Assembly: GCA_031414955.1 (NCBI GenBank)
Contig: JANOQV010000011.1
Coordinates: forward strand, 1-48,334
Direction of reading: 5' to 3'
DNA: 48,334 nt
DNA from: Pedosphaera sp.
GTDB lineage: Bacteria; Verrucomicrobiota; Verrucomicrobiia; Limisphaerales; SIBH01
The translations under genes were made by a program, and so were the position numbers. Shown here in pieces: positions 8,121 to 17,900 of this stretch (positions are counted from its first letter, which is position 1; each line of letters opens with the position of its first letter). The notes beneath the pieces were generated by a model. It was not told the DNA's origin. It saw only the letters and a program-made list of their open reading frames with translations, and did no database searches.

Positions 8121-9554
8121 TCAATCCGAGCGCGCGCGATAGAAGCGGTTCGAGTGATTGAGCCATTCTGCATCGACGAACTCGACGGAGGTTCCAGGCA
8201 GGGCGTTGGTCCAGATGGGTTGCCAGTCCGACAGATTGGTGCTGGCCTCGACCACGATGGTTTGATCGGTGAGGCGGGTGAGGGTGAAGCCGAAGCCGCC
8301 CGGTTTCATGCCCGCGCTGCCCGGGGCGATTTGCGGCGGGCACAGCATCACGGTGGGCAAGCCGCCGTAGTTTGTGCCCCAGCCAGTGGTCCCGCAGTAG
8401 TAATAAGCCTTCGCGCCCGCGCCGACGTTGGCGAACCAACGTCCGAGAGAATTAGTAGGGTAAGGAACAAGCACCGGCGCATGGCCCAGAAAGGTGAAGT
8501 TCGTCACCTTGGTGCAATTCATAAACGCCTCAAACCCGATTCTGCTGACGCTGTTGGGAATGGTCACGCGTGTCAGGCTGGTACAGCCGCCAAACGACGC
8601 ATTCCCGATGCCGGTGACGCTACTGGGAATCGTCACGTTCGTCAGGCCGGTGCAGTTGGCAAACGCCGAAACCCCGGTGTTGGTGACGCTGTTGCCAATG
8701 GTCATGCTCGTCAGACTGGTGCAGAAGTAAAACGCCAAACTCCCGATGCTGGTGACGCTGTCGGGAATGACGTAACTGCCGCCGCGACCGGGAGGAAAAA
8801 TAATCAAGGCCGTTTGTGCCTTGTTGAACAAGACCCCGTCCAGGCTGCAATAAGCCGGATTGGCGGCGGCCACTGAAAGGTTCGTCAGGCTCGTGCAGCG
8901 CAAAAACGCCCACTCCCCGATGCTGGTGACGCCGTTGCCAATGGTCGCGCTCGGCAGGCTGGTGCAGTCCCCAAACGCCCACTCCCCGATGCTGGTGACG
9001 CCGTTGCCGATGGTGACGTTGGTCAGGCTGGCGCAGAGGTAAAACGCATATCCCCCGATGCGGGTGACGCTGTTGGGAATGGTCATGCTCGTCAGGCCGG
9101 CGCAGCTTGAAAAGGCCCCGCGCCCGAGGCTGGTGACGCTCTCGGGGATGGTCACGCTGGTCAGGCTGGTGCAGCTATGAAACGCATAATTCCCGATGCT
9201 GATGACGCTGCCGGGAATCGTCACGTTGGTCAGGCTCGTGCAGCCCCAAAACACATAATACCCGATGCTGGTGACGCTGTTGGGAATGGTCACGTTCGTC
9301 AGGCTGGTGCAGTTGTAAAACGCCGAATCCTGGATGTGGGTGACGGGATAGCCGTTGTAGGTGGAGGCGATGACAACGGCACCGGTAGCGCCGGGGCTGC
9401 TCGCCACATAAGCCGTGCCGCCGGAAACCGCGTAGTTGACCTGCGCCGTGGCCGGCGCCGCCACCAGCAGGCAGACCAGGGCAAGAAGGCCTGGAGTTCG
9501 CGCCTTGAACCCGAGGCTCAAAACAACGAGGGCCATGAAATGCTGAATCTTCAT
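8121..9554 (-). CDS. BspA-like leucine-rich-repeat (LRR_5) surface protein
   Basis: Many 23-aa C.SLT.VTIP.SVTSIG..AF repeats, an N-terminal signal and a C-terminal VVEASTNL..W...F.D...RFYR module. Confidence 0.9.
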   Translation of the reverse strand: MKIQHFMALVVLSLGFKARTPGLLALVCLLVAAPATAQVNYAVSGGTAYVASSPGATGAVVIASTYNGYPVTHIQDSAFYNCTSLTNVTIPNSVTSIGYYVFWGCTSLTNVTIPGSVISIGNYAFHSCTSLTSVTIPESVTSLGRGAFSSCAGLTSMTIPNSVTRIGGYAFYLCASLTNVTIGNGVTSIGEWAFGDCTSLPSATIGNGVTSIGEWAFLRCTSLTNLSVAAANPAYCSLDGVLFNKAQTALIIFPPGRGGSYVIPDSVTSIGSLAFYFCTSLTSMTIGNSVTNTGVSAFANCTGLTNVTIPSSVTGIGNASFGGCTSLTRVTIPNSVSRIGFEAFMNCTKVTNFTFLGHAPVLVPYPTNSLGRWFANVGAGAKAYYYCGTTGWGTNYGGLPTVMLCPPQIAPGSAGMKPGGFGFTLTRLTDQTIVVEASTNLSDWQPIWTNALPGTSVEFVDAEWLNHSNRFYRARSD

Positions 9555-9702
9555 AAGCGATGCTCCAATTCACATTGGGAATGGTGCCGCTCTTGAAGAG
9601 TCGCGCCGCGCAAAGCGGAATCAAGGCCAATAAATCGGACAAAATAGTACAGCATGGGCTGGTTTCGGCAATTCTGAAGTGGCCACTCTCCAGACTACTC
9701 AC

Positions 9703-9940
9703 ATCTTCAAGATGAACTTGCCCGAGATCGTGGACCTCGCGCTGCCGGCGGAAGGCGTCTTCCACAACCTCGTCTTCGTGAGGACCAAGAAGACCTGTCC
9801 GATGCAGGCTCGGCGGGAATGTCGAATGACGAACGCGGAATGCAGAATCAATATCAGAGCCTCGTTACCTCGGTTGCTACGCTGCGAAATCCTCTTTCGC
9901 CTCGGCGCCCACACCGGCCTGCAACGCGACAGCATGGTGG
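9703..9940 (+). pseudogene. ubiD: Internal remnant of a UbiD-family decarboxylase (copy 2)
   Basis: [36 protein letters not shown], then repeat/REP filler, then [16 protein letters not shown], which is homologous to EVLFRLCANTDLQRDS in copy 1. Confidence 0.75.
9857..9880 (-). repeat. GTAG-type REP-like element inside the ubiD remnant
   Basis: The reverse complement GTAGCAACCGAGGTAACGAGGCTC is similar to 779-802. It is preceded by short GAAT-containing tandem repeats at about 9813-9848. Confidence 0.5.
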
Positions 9941-10979
9941 TGGGAATCGCCCGAGCGCGATGCAAACCGATCCCGTGCTCTCAACGCTGGACAAGGATCA
10001 AAGCAAGGAACTCTCGGCCGATGAGCTCGACGCGGCGCCAACGGCTCTCCTGAAACTGGACAAGAATTCGGACGGGAAGCTTTCGGAAGAGGAAGTCAGT
10101 CCCGCCGGACGCAGCGGCGGTCAAGGTGGGCGCCGTCGCGGCCCCGGCATCATGCGCATGATCAAGTCCCTTTCCGCATTGGATGCCGACGAGAGTGGCA
10201 CGATTGAAGAGGCCGAGATCAAGAACGCGGCGGTGGCGCTACGAAAGCTGGATGAAAATCGTGACGGGAAATTGACGGATGGGGAAGCCGGCATGAGGTC
10301 GATGGGACCGCAAAACACTGGCGCTGCTTACTCCTCAGCCATCGCCATCGACTTTGGCGGCCAGCGCCAATACGTGCAGCTTCTGGCCATGACCGTCGCT
10401 GGGATTTCCGCGGCCGATGGCAAGTTGCTCTGGCGGTATGACAAGCCGGCCAACTCGATGCGGATCAATGTCTCCACGCCGATCTTTCACGACGGCCATG
10501 TGTTCGCCGCCACGGCTTATGGAGCGGGCGGTGGATCGGCTCGCTTGGCTAAGAAGGAAACGGGCGAGTTCACTGTGGAGGAGGTCTGGTTCTCGAAGTC
10601 GATGGAGAATCATCACGGCGGCGTGATTCTCCACGACGGCGCGTTGTTCGGTGCCAACGGCGGCAACGGTGGCGGCTATCTGGCTTGTCTCGATTTCAAG
10701 ACGGGCGAGGTGCTGTGGAACGAGCGGGATTCGGACAAGCGCCGCGTGACCAAAGGCTCCGTCGCGTTTGCTGATGGAAGGATTTACTACCGCACCGAGG
10801 AAGGCCCGATTGTTCTGATTGAACCCAGCCGCAAGGAATTCGTGGAGCGCGGCCGGTTCAACCAGCCCGAACGCACGGACAAACCGGCTTGGGCGCATCC
10901 GGTGCTTGCGAACGGCAAGCTCTACATTCGGGATCAAGACACGCTGTTCTGTTACGACGTGAAGGCGCCGAATAAATAG
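9936..10979 (+). pseudogene. 5'-truncated PQQ-like (BamB-type) beta-propeller protein with EF-hand insert
   Basis: EF-hand-like loops [27 protein letters not shown] and DENRDGKLT. Propeller blades AYSSAI...DGKLLWRY...[16 protein letters not shown]. No signal peptide or N-terminal blades, and the upstream part of the ORF is ubiD remnant. Confidence 0.7.
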
Positions 10980-10997
10980 CCGCTGGCGAGGCACCAA

Positions 10998-11225
10998 CTT
11001 TGCGCCAACACCAACCCGCAACGCGACCGCATGGTGGCTGTCCGCAAGTAATCACCAAAGGCCCGTCCGACGTGCTCGACCATGCGACGAGCGAAATCGC
11101 CAGCGGTCGCAAACTCCGCATTGATGCGACGAAGATAATTCCGGGCGAACCCCGAACACTTTCGGGGCTGGTCACCACTTCTCAAGATGGATGTGGCGGT
11201 GAAGGCGGAGGTGGAAAATCAATTG
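10998..11225 (+). pseudogene. ubiD: 3' remnant of a UbiD-family decarboxylase (copy 3)
   Basis: LCANTNPQRD..ITKGPSDVLDHATSEIASGRKLRIDATKIIPGE..W.PLLKMD.AVKAEVE. It shares a 31-bp identical stretch with copy 1 (604-634 vs 11052-11082). Confidence 0.8.
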
Positions 11226-11421
11226 TCGCAGCGCGTCAGCGACGTGCCTCGGCCCTGATAACAATGTGCGTGTGCGTGGCTGAAGAGATGGTGTTCACGA
11301 AAAACAGCGGCCCTCCGGATCGACCTCGAGGGCCAAGGCGGGTCTGGGCGTGGAGGCGCTTTTGCGTAGGAGTTAGCCATCAGGATCGCGGTCTTCCGGT
11401 ACAATCACCGTTCGCGCTCGA

Positions 11422-12093
11422 TCAGGCCGGGAACTTGGGCCGGGCGCAGCAACCCGGCTCCCGCACGCATCCGCAAAGCACGGTGGCGAGCAGTGCGCCG
11501 CCAATCGGAGCCACGAGATAAATCCAGAGCGCAGCCAGTTGGCCCGACCAGAGCGCCGGAGCCAGGGAGCGCGCCGGGTTCATGCTGGCACCACAAACCG
11601 GCCCGGCGAACAACGCCTCCAGCGCGATGATGCTGCCGACGGCGATGCCGGCGGTGACGCCTTTCTCCTTCGCGCCCGTCGAGACGGAGAGGATCACCAG
11701 CATGAGCAGTGCGGTCAGGATCAGTTCGAGCACGAATGATTGCAGCACGGAGCCTTGCGGCAGGGTCGCGCCGAGACTGGGGTGGGAGGGAAACAGGAGT
11801 TTTAACACGCCGCTCGCCAGCAATGCGCCGATCGTCTGCGCCCCAATGTAGGGCAGGACTTCCCGCCCCGGCATCCGGCCCGCCGCGAAGAAGCCCAGCG
11901 TGACGGCCGGATTCAAGTGCGCGCCCGAGACGTCGCCAAAGGTGTAAATCATGGCCAGAACGATGAGTCCAAAGGTGAGGGCGATGCCCAGGTGGGTAAT
12001 GCGCCCGGAACTCAGATCGTTAATCACGATGGCCCCCGTGCCGGCGAAAATGAGGGCGAAAGTGCCGAGCAGTTCCGCAAAAAGTTTTTTCAT
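11422..12093 (-). CDS. MIP-family aquaporin/aquaglyceroporin, likely an arsenite channel
   Basis: Two NPA motifs (SGAHLNPAVT and GASMNPARS). Directly downstream of arsC, with a Cys-rich tail. Confidence 0.9.
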   Translation of the reverse strand: MKKLFAELLGTFALIFAGTGAIVINDLSSGRITHLGIALTFGLIVLAMIYTFGDVSGAHLNPAVTLGFFAAGRMPGREVLPYIGAQTIGALLASGVLKLLFPSHPSLGATLPQGSVLQSFVLELILTALLMLVILSVSTGAKEKGVTAGIAVGSIIALEALFAGPVCGASMNPARSLAPALWSGQLAALWIYLVAPIGGALLATVLCGCVREPGCCARPKFPA

Positions 12094-12094
12094 A

Positions 12095-12535
12095 TCAGCA
12101 TGGAATCAGGCCGCATTTCTCTGCGCACCAGGTCTCGATACGCATCTTGATGGCATCTCGCACCTCGCGGGTGCCGGCCAGTTTTTCCTCTGGAGTGCCG
12201 GTGAAGGAGGAGGGATCGGGAAAGCCCCAGTGCAGCCGCTGCGCGCCACCGGGAAAAGTCGGGCAGCGTTCGGCGCTGGTCTCGTCGCAGACGGTGATGA
12301 CGAATTGAAAAAGGTCACCTCGCCGGATGAATTCGGCGGTGGATTTGGTCGGGTTTCGCGCGATGTCGATCCCCAGTTCGGCCATGGCTTGTACGACGAC
12401 GGGGTTCAACTTGCCCGGTTCGATCCCGGCGCTCTGGGCTTCGAAATTTTCCGGGCAGAGCGTGTTGACGAAAGCTTCCGCCATCTGGCTGCGGGCGCTA
12501 TTGTGGATGCACACGAACAGAATGCGCTGTTTCAT
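12095..12535 (-). CDS. arsC: Thioredoxin-dependent arsenate reductase (LMW-PTP fold)
   Basis: [13 protein letters not shown]-loop, VITVCD...ERCP redox cysteines and HWGFPDP. Confidence 0.9.
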   Translation of the reverse strand: MKQRILFVCIHNSARSQMAEAFVNTLCPENFEAQSAGIEPGKLNPVVVQAMAELGIDIARNPTKSTAEFIRRGDLFQFVITVCDETSAERCPTFPGGAQRLHWGFPDPSSFTGTPEEKLAGTREVRDAIKMRIETWCAEKCGLIPC

Positions 12536-12595
12536 ATGAGCAGAGTAGAAATCGAAAAGTATGCCGTCAACGCGGCAGTGCGCGAGTCAAAGCCA

Positions 12596-13303
12596 TTGAC
12601 CACGCCACTCAAGATCCGAGCGCGAGTCGAATCAATCTCCGTGGTCATCCCCACGTTAAACGAGGAGGCGGAGTTGCCGGAGACTGTCCGCCGGTTGCGG
12701 TCCGTGCCGGAAGTGCGCGAGATCATCGTGGCCGACGCCGGCAGCACGGATGCCACCCGGTCACGCGCGGCTGAACTGGGTTGCCGCGTCGTGGAGTCGC
12801 CGCGCGGTCGCGGCCGGCAGATGCGGCGCGGGGCCGTCCAGGCGGCCGGCGATGTGGTGTTGCTCCTCCACGCTGATACGTGGATGGAACCAGTCGCGGG
12901 GCGGGCCATCATTCAATCCCTCAACCACGGCGGAGCCGTGGGCGGCGGCTGCTGGAAGGTGTTTCGCGATCCGGCGTGGCTTATGCGCGGCTCGCGCTTC
13001 AAGTGCTGGCTGCGTTTTCGACTCTTTCGCCGGTTCATGGGCGACCAGGCCATGTTCGTCCGCCGGGACGCGCTGGAGATGATAGGTGGCGTTCCCGAGG
13101 TGCCGATCATGGAGGAACATGAACTGGGCCGCGCGCTGCGGGCCGTGGGGAAGTTGGTCCTGGCCCCGACCACCGTCAGCACTTCGGCCCGGCGTTTCCG
13201 CCAGCGCGGCGTAGGGAGAACCTATTTGCGGATGGGTCGCGTGACCCTGGCGTATTGGCATGGCACTCCGCTGGAGGAGTTGCAGCAGTTATACGAGCGA
13301 TGA
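12596..13303 (+). CDS. GT2 glycosyltransferase, TIGR04283-like
   Basis: Motifs ISVVIPTLNEE, DAGSTDAT, GRGRQM..GA, LHADT, GDQAMFVRR and TSARRF. The start is uncertain (TTG 12596 or ATG 12536). Confidence 0.8.
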   Translation: MTTPLKIRARVESISVVIPTLNEEAELPETVRRLRSVPEVREIIVADAGSTDATRSRAAELGCRVVESPRGRGRQMRRGAVQAAGDVVLLLHADTWMEPVAGRAIIQSLNHGGAVGGGCWKVFRDPAWLMRGSRFKCWLRFRLFRRFMGDQAMFVRRDALEMIGGVPEVPIMEEHELGRALRAVGKLVLAPTTVSTSARRFRQRGVGRTYLRMGRVTLAYWHGTPLEELQQLYER

Positions 13304-13380
13304 AGTCTTGGCCGGGCCTGAGCCCTTTGGCCCAGGCCCCGCTTGATACGCCCACTGCTTCCGGGTGCGCGCCGATTGAG

Positions 13381-13422
13381 TTGGGGATTTGTTTGGATTT
13401 CGGAGTTTGGATTTCGGAATTT
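13381..13422. repeat. Degenerate 7-mer tandem repeat (T(T/C)GGA.T-like)
   Basis: ttggggatttgtttggatttcggagtttggatttcggaattt in the intergenic space. Confidence 0.5.
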
Positions 13423-13435
13423 AATCCCCGACACC

Positions 13436-14611
13436 ATGAAAACACCGACCCGCTGCCAGGCCGTCTCCCGCCGCGACATGATCAAAGCCAGCGTGGCCAC
13501 GGCCGCGTTCGCCTTCACGCAGTATCCGCTCTCGCTCTTCGGCGGGCCGGAGGTGGACGAGGGCGTGCTCATTCCGTTCCTCGACCCGCAGCCGAACGTG
13601 AAGCGGCAGACGAAGTGGTCCGATCTCACCAACTGGCGCACCAAGAGCGAGGATCTGTACGTGGTCACTCATTACAACGTGCCGGCGTTAAAGGCGGAGG
13701 CGCACACGCTGGAAATCTCCGGCCTCGTGCGCAAGGGTCGCACGCTCACGCTCGACGACATTAAGAAGCGCAAACGCAAAACCATCACCGCCACGCTGGA
13801 GTGCGGGGGCAACGGCAACAGTGCCGGCTTCATGGGCGCGATTGGCAACGTGCAATGGACCGGCACGCCGCTCGCCGACTTGCTCGATGAATGCGCGCCG
13901 CTCAAGCGCGGCATCGAGGTCGTGTTTTTCGGCGCGGACGAGAAGATGGAGAAGATTCGCGATAAGGATTACCTGCAAAACTTCGCCCGCAGCCTGCACA
14001 TCAACGATGCGATGCGCGACGACGTGCTGCTCTGCTACGAGATGAACGGCGAACCGCTGACCAAGGAGCACGGCTTCCCGCTGCGCCTCGTGGTGCCCGG
14101 TTGGTTCGGCATCTCGTGGACGAAGTGGTTGCAGCGTATTGAGGTGCTCGATCGCCGTTACATGAGCAAATATATGGCGAGCGAGTATGTGACGCTGCAG
14201 GGCGAGGAGCGCGGCGACAAAACCATCTGGCGCCTGACCAGCGTGGGGCCGATGAACGTAAAGTCCGTCATCGCCCGCGCGGTGAAGTTGAAGGACGGCA
14301 CCGTCCGCCTGGCCGGCGCGACGTGGGGCGACGGCACGCCGATCAAAACCGTGGAAGTGAAGATTGACGACGGCCCGTGGCAACCGGCGCAAATCGATAG
14401 CACACCCACCGACAAATACACCTGGCGCTTTTTCAGCTACGACTGGAAGGCTCCGGCGGCGGGCGAGCACCGCATCGTCTCCCGGGCCACGGACGAGGAA
14501 GACCGCGTGCAGCCCGAGGCTGAACTCGATCCAAAAGACCGCCGCAAGTGGAAGAAGACCAACTGGGACTGGAACGAGCAGTGGCCGTGGAAGATCAAAA
14601 TCGAGGGCTGA
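13436..14611 (+). CDS. Tat-exported sulfite-oxidase-family molybdopterin oxidoreductase
   Basis: SRRDMIK Tat motif, TLECGGN Mo-ligand Cys, YEMNGEPL..EHGFPLRLVVPGWFG...KWL, and a C-terminal dimerisation domain. Confidence 0.9.
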   Translation: MKTPTRCQAVSRRDMIKASVATAAFAFTQYPLSLFGGPEVDEGVLIPFLDPQPNVKRQTKWSDLTNWRTKSEDLYVVTHYNVPALKAEAHTLEISGLVRKGRTLTLDDIKKRKRKTITATLECGGNGNSAGFMGAIGNVQWTGTPLADLLDECAPLKRGIEVVFFGADEKMEKIRDKDYLQNFARSLHINDAMRDDVLLCYEMNGEPLTKEHGFPLRLVVPGWFGISWTKWLQRIEVLDRRYMSKYMASEYVTLQGEERGDKTIWRLTSVGPMNVKSVIARAVKLKDGTVRLAGATWGDGTPIKTVEVKIDDGPWQPAQIDSTPTDKYTWRFFSYDWKAPAAGEHRIVSRATDEEDRVQPEAELDPKDRRKWKKTNWDWNEQWPWKIKIEG

Positions 14612-14926
14612 GCCAGGTGCGAGTGAAGGTGGCGACCACGGAGTGTGCCCGTCCCGGACCCGAGACAAGATTCTTTTCAATAGTGGGAAACTTTTTCGGG
14701 TTTTTCCTTCTGTAATCACTGGGGCCAAAGGCGAGGCCCGTCAGGCGGTGCCCCGGCTGTGGCGCTGGTGACGGGTTGAGTCGGGTTTTCTGGAACGGGT
14801 TTCCTGGCCGTGTTTTGGGCCTAGCCACCCAGGGCGAAATAGTTCTGACACCTCGGCCGGGTTTTGCCCAAGGAGGTGGGTGGAGGCTGGTGGTGCCTGA
14901 CTCGTGCAATTTAATTCGGAATCATT

Positions 14927-17900
14927 ATGAAGACTCGAATCAACAACCTTCGGCCGGCGCTGCGCTATTTCCTCCTGCTCGTCCTGCTGGCGTGGTGGAG
15001 CGGTGGCGCATTCCATCCGCTGCACGCTGCGGTGGTGGTCAACGACAACGACGGCTATTTCCAGGATGATTACGGGAACAACCTGGGCGTCTTCTCCGCC
15101 AGTTCGGTGCGGGTGGCCGGGGGCGCGGTCTCGCTCATCGCGCCGAACGTCACGGGCCATTTCACCACGGTCGAGATCGTGCCGACGAGCTTTGACCGGT
15201 GGAAAGATTTGACCGTGACGCCGGGCAGTCTCTTCGCGGCGGGCGACCTGATGGTGCGGGTGCTCGACGAGGAGGGCGTGAATGAGTTGATCGCGCTGCA
15301 ACCGGTGAACGGCCCGATCAGTCTGGCCAGCCTGAACTCGCCGCTGGTGCCGGGCATCCGCGTGCAGGTATTTTTCAGCAAACCGCCCACGTCGCCAGTG
15401 GCCCCGACGGTGAACAATTTGGAAGTGACGTGGAATCCGGTGTCGCAGTTGCTGCTCGGCCAGCAGGGTCCGGCCGTGGTGCAGGCGGGCGGGAATATCG
15501 TCTATCGCGTGCAATATGCGGTGAACTATGTGCGCGCCCAGAAGCTCGTGGTTTATGACACCCTGCCGCATGGCGCGAACTCGTCGCTGGTGTATCCGAC
15601 GGAGATCAACCCCACGCCCTACCCGGGGCAGAGTGACAACGTCACTTTCCTCGCCGCCACCAGGGGCGGCGTGTTCCACGCGGGTCCGGCCCCGCTCGAC
15701 GTGGATGGGGTGATCATTCCGACCAACAGCGTTTATTGGAAGCTGGGCGATGTGGACGAAGGCACCACGGAGTTGCTGAGCTTCACCGTGCGGACCAGGA
15801 ACGGCACGCTGAACGGAACCACCCTGACCAATCACGCCTACGGGGACGCCGCCAACGCCGGACTGACGCAGTCGCCCCGGGTGGTCACGACCATTGGCAG
15901 TGCGCCGGGGCCGTCGCTGCTCAAGGAAGGCGGCGCGGGAATTTACAAAATCGGTGGCGTGTGGCAGACCATTGCCGGCACGGTGAACAGCTTTGGCCCC
16001 AACTATCCTTATCACGGCATCCATGCGCGGAACATCGGCAACGAAACGATGTACAACTCGGTGGTGTACGATGACGTGACCGACCTGTTGAACATGATCG
16101 ACGAACAGGGAACGCCCGGTCTGCCGGCGGACGACTTCTTTGCCGTCTCCGCAGGGGGTAGCTTCGTTTCCAACTTCACTCCGTCGGGGGGCGGCGGGTC
16201 GTTTCCGGCCATTGTCTGGAATGTCGGCACGATGCAGCCGGGGGCGGATCTCTACTTCTCGTTCTCGGTTCGATTGCTGGAGACTCCGCCGGAGCCGCAG
16301 TATGTCAACCAGGCCTGCCTGACCTCGGACCAGACTGCTCCGATGTGCAGTCAGATCACGGTCAAGATCGGGCTGGATGAAACGCCAGCCCCGCCGCCCC
16401 CCGCTGGCTCGCCCCCCTCGTTTAGAAAGACCGGACCCGAAACTGTGCGCCACGGGGGCAGCGCGGTCTTCGCCTTGTCGGGGCACAACAGTTCACTGGT
16501 GAAACTCAACGAGCTGGTTTTCGTGGACCGTGTGCCGACGAACACGACGTTTCGCAGCGCGTGGATTGACAACCCCAACCTGATCGCCAGCGGGGCGGTG
16601 ATCTTTTACTCAACCTCCGTGATCCTGCCGGAGGATTGGAGCAACCCGCCGCCGACGGACTACACCCAAGCGCCTGCCGATCTGGACGTGAGTCCACACA
16701 ACCACTGGAAGCGTTATGATTTGAATCCGCCGGTAAATCCAAGCGACGTGACCTGGGTGGCGTTTTACCTCCCGCAATTGGACTCGGCCCACCTGCCTAC
16801 ACAGGGCACGCCGGCGCTGGCCAATCCTCCGACACCGATCACCGGCGCGGCGGGCTATTATGAAGTGACGGTGTTCAGTCCGGCGAATCCGTGTTCCGAT
16901 GACGTGGTGTTCAACCGGGGCCTGTTTGAGGTGAACGAGATGACGGCGCTCAACGGCGTGACCAATCTGATCGAGGGAGGCCCGTTGCGTTCTGCGAATG
17001 ACTGGACGGTGCAGGTGGTGGGGACGCGGCCTCAGTTAAGTGTGAATTCCGCCATCTCGCCGGGCGAGGTGGTGCTGCCAGGCCACTCGACCTACTCGTT
17101 GTCGGTGATCAATGGCGGCCCGGACTACTTTCACCCCCTGGACGCGCTGGCCAACGTGGAGGCGGTCGTCCAGTTGAGCCAAATCTTGATCAACGGCGTG
17201 TTGCAATATCCCTCCGTGCAGGGCTTCTCGCCCGCGGGAAGCTATGACCAGCTCCATGGTCGGTTCGTTTTCGCGCTCGGCCTGATGGCTCCTGGCACCT
17301 CGCGCTCCATTCAAGTGCAGTTGGATTTACCCGCGGGGATTCTGGACGAGACGGAGTACACCGTCGGTGCCACGGTCACGGGCCAGGGTGCGCGGTGCGG
17401 CCCCGTGAGCGCCTCCACGGGCGCGCGCGGAAAGGTGCAGTCCAGCCCCAAGCTGCGGGTGTTCAAGCGCGACGTGGTGGACCTGATCACCAGCGGTGCC
17501 GAATACGATTATGAGTTGGAATACATCAACCTCGGCACTGCCCCCAGCACCAAGACGTGGGTGGTGGACCGCGTGCCCAAGAAGACCGTGTTTGTCCAGG
17601 CCACGGGCAACCCGACCATCACCGCCGTCTGGTTCTCTTGCGTTGATAACCTGCCGCCGCAGGCGTTGACGCCTTTCACCCCGATCGACGGCAGCACCAT
17701 CGCCGCCTTTTTCTCACCCGGCGATTTCCACGACAACGGCACGCCCCTCGACCAAACGGACGATTACTGGACCAGTTCGTGCGGGCTCGCTGGCGAGCAG
17801 ACCTACTGGATCGCCTGGGAAGTGGATGAGCCGGCGTTGAATCCGCCGCAGCTTGCGCTCAACACGCCGCGCACCGTCGGCTTCACCGCGCGCAACGACC

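Noticed and set aside
9614..9630. GG-N10-GC sigma54-like site upstream of the BspA gene (minus strand)
   Set aside because: The match outside the dinucleotides is poor and could arise by chance in GC-rich DNA.
11951..12595. Long N-terminal extension of the glycosyltransferase ORF
   Set aside because: It is antisense to arsC and the aquaporin. GT similarity begins only at ISVVIP.
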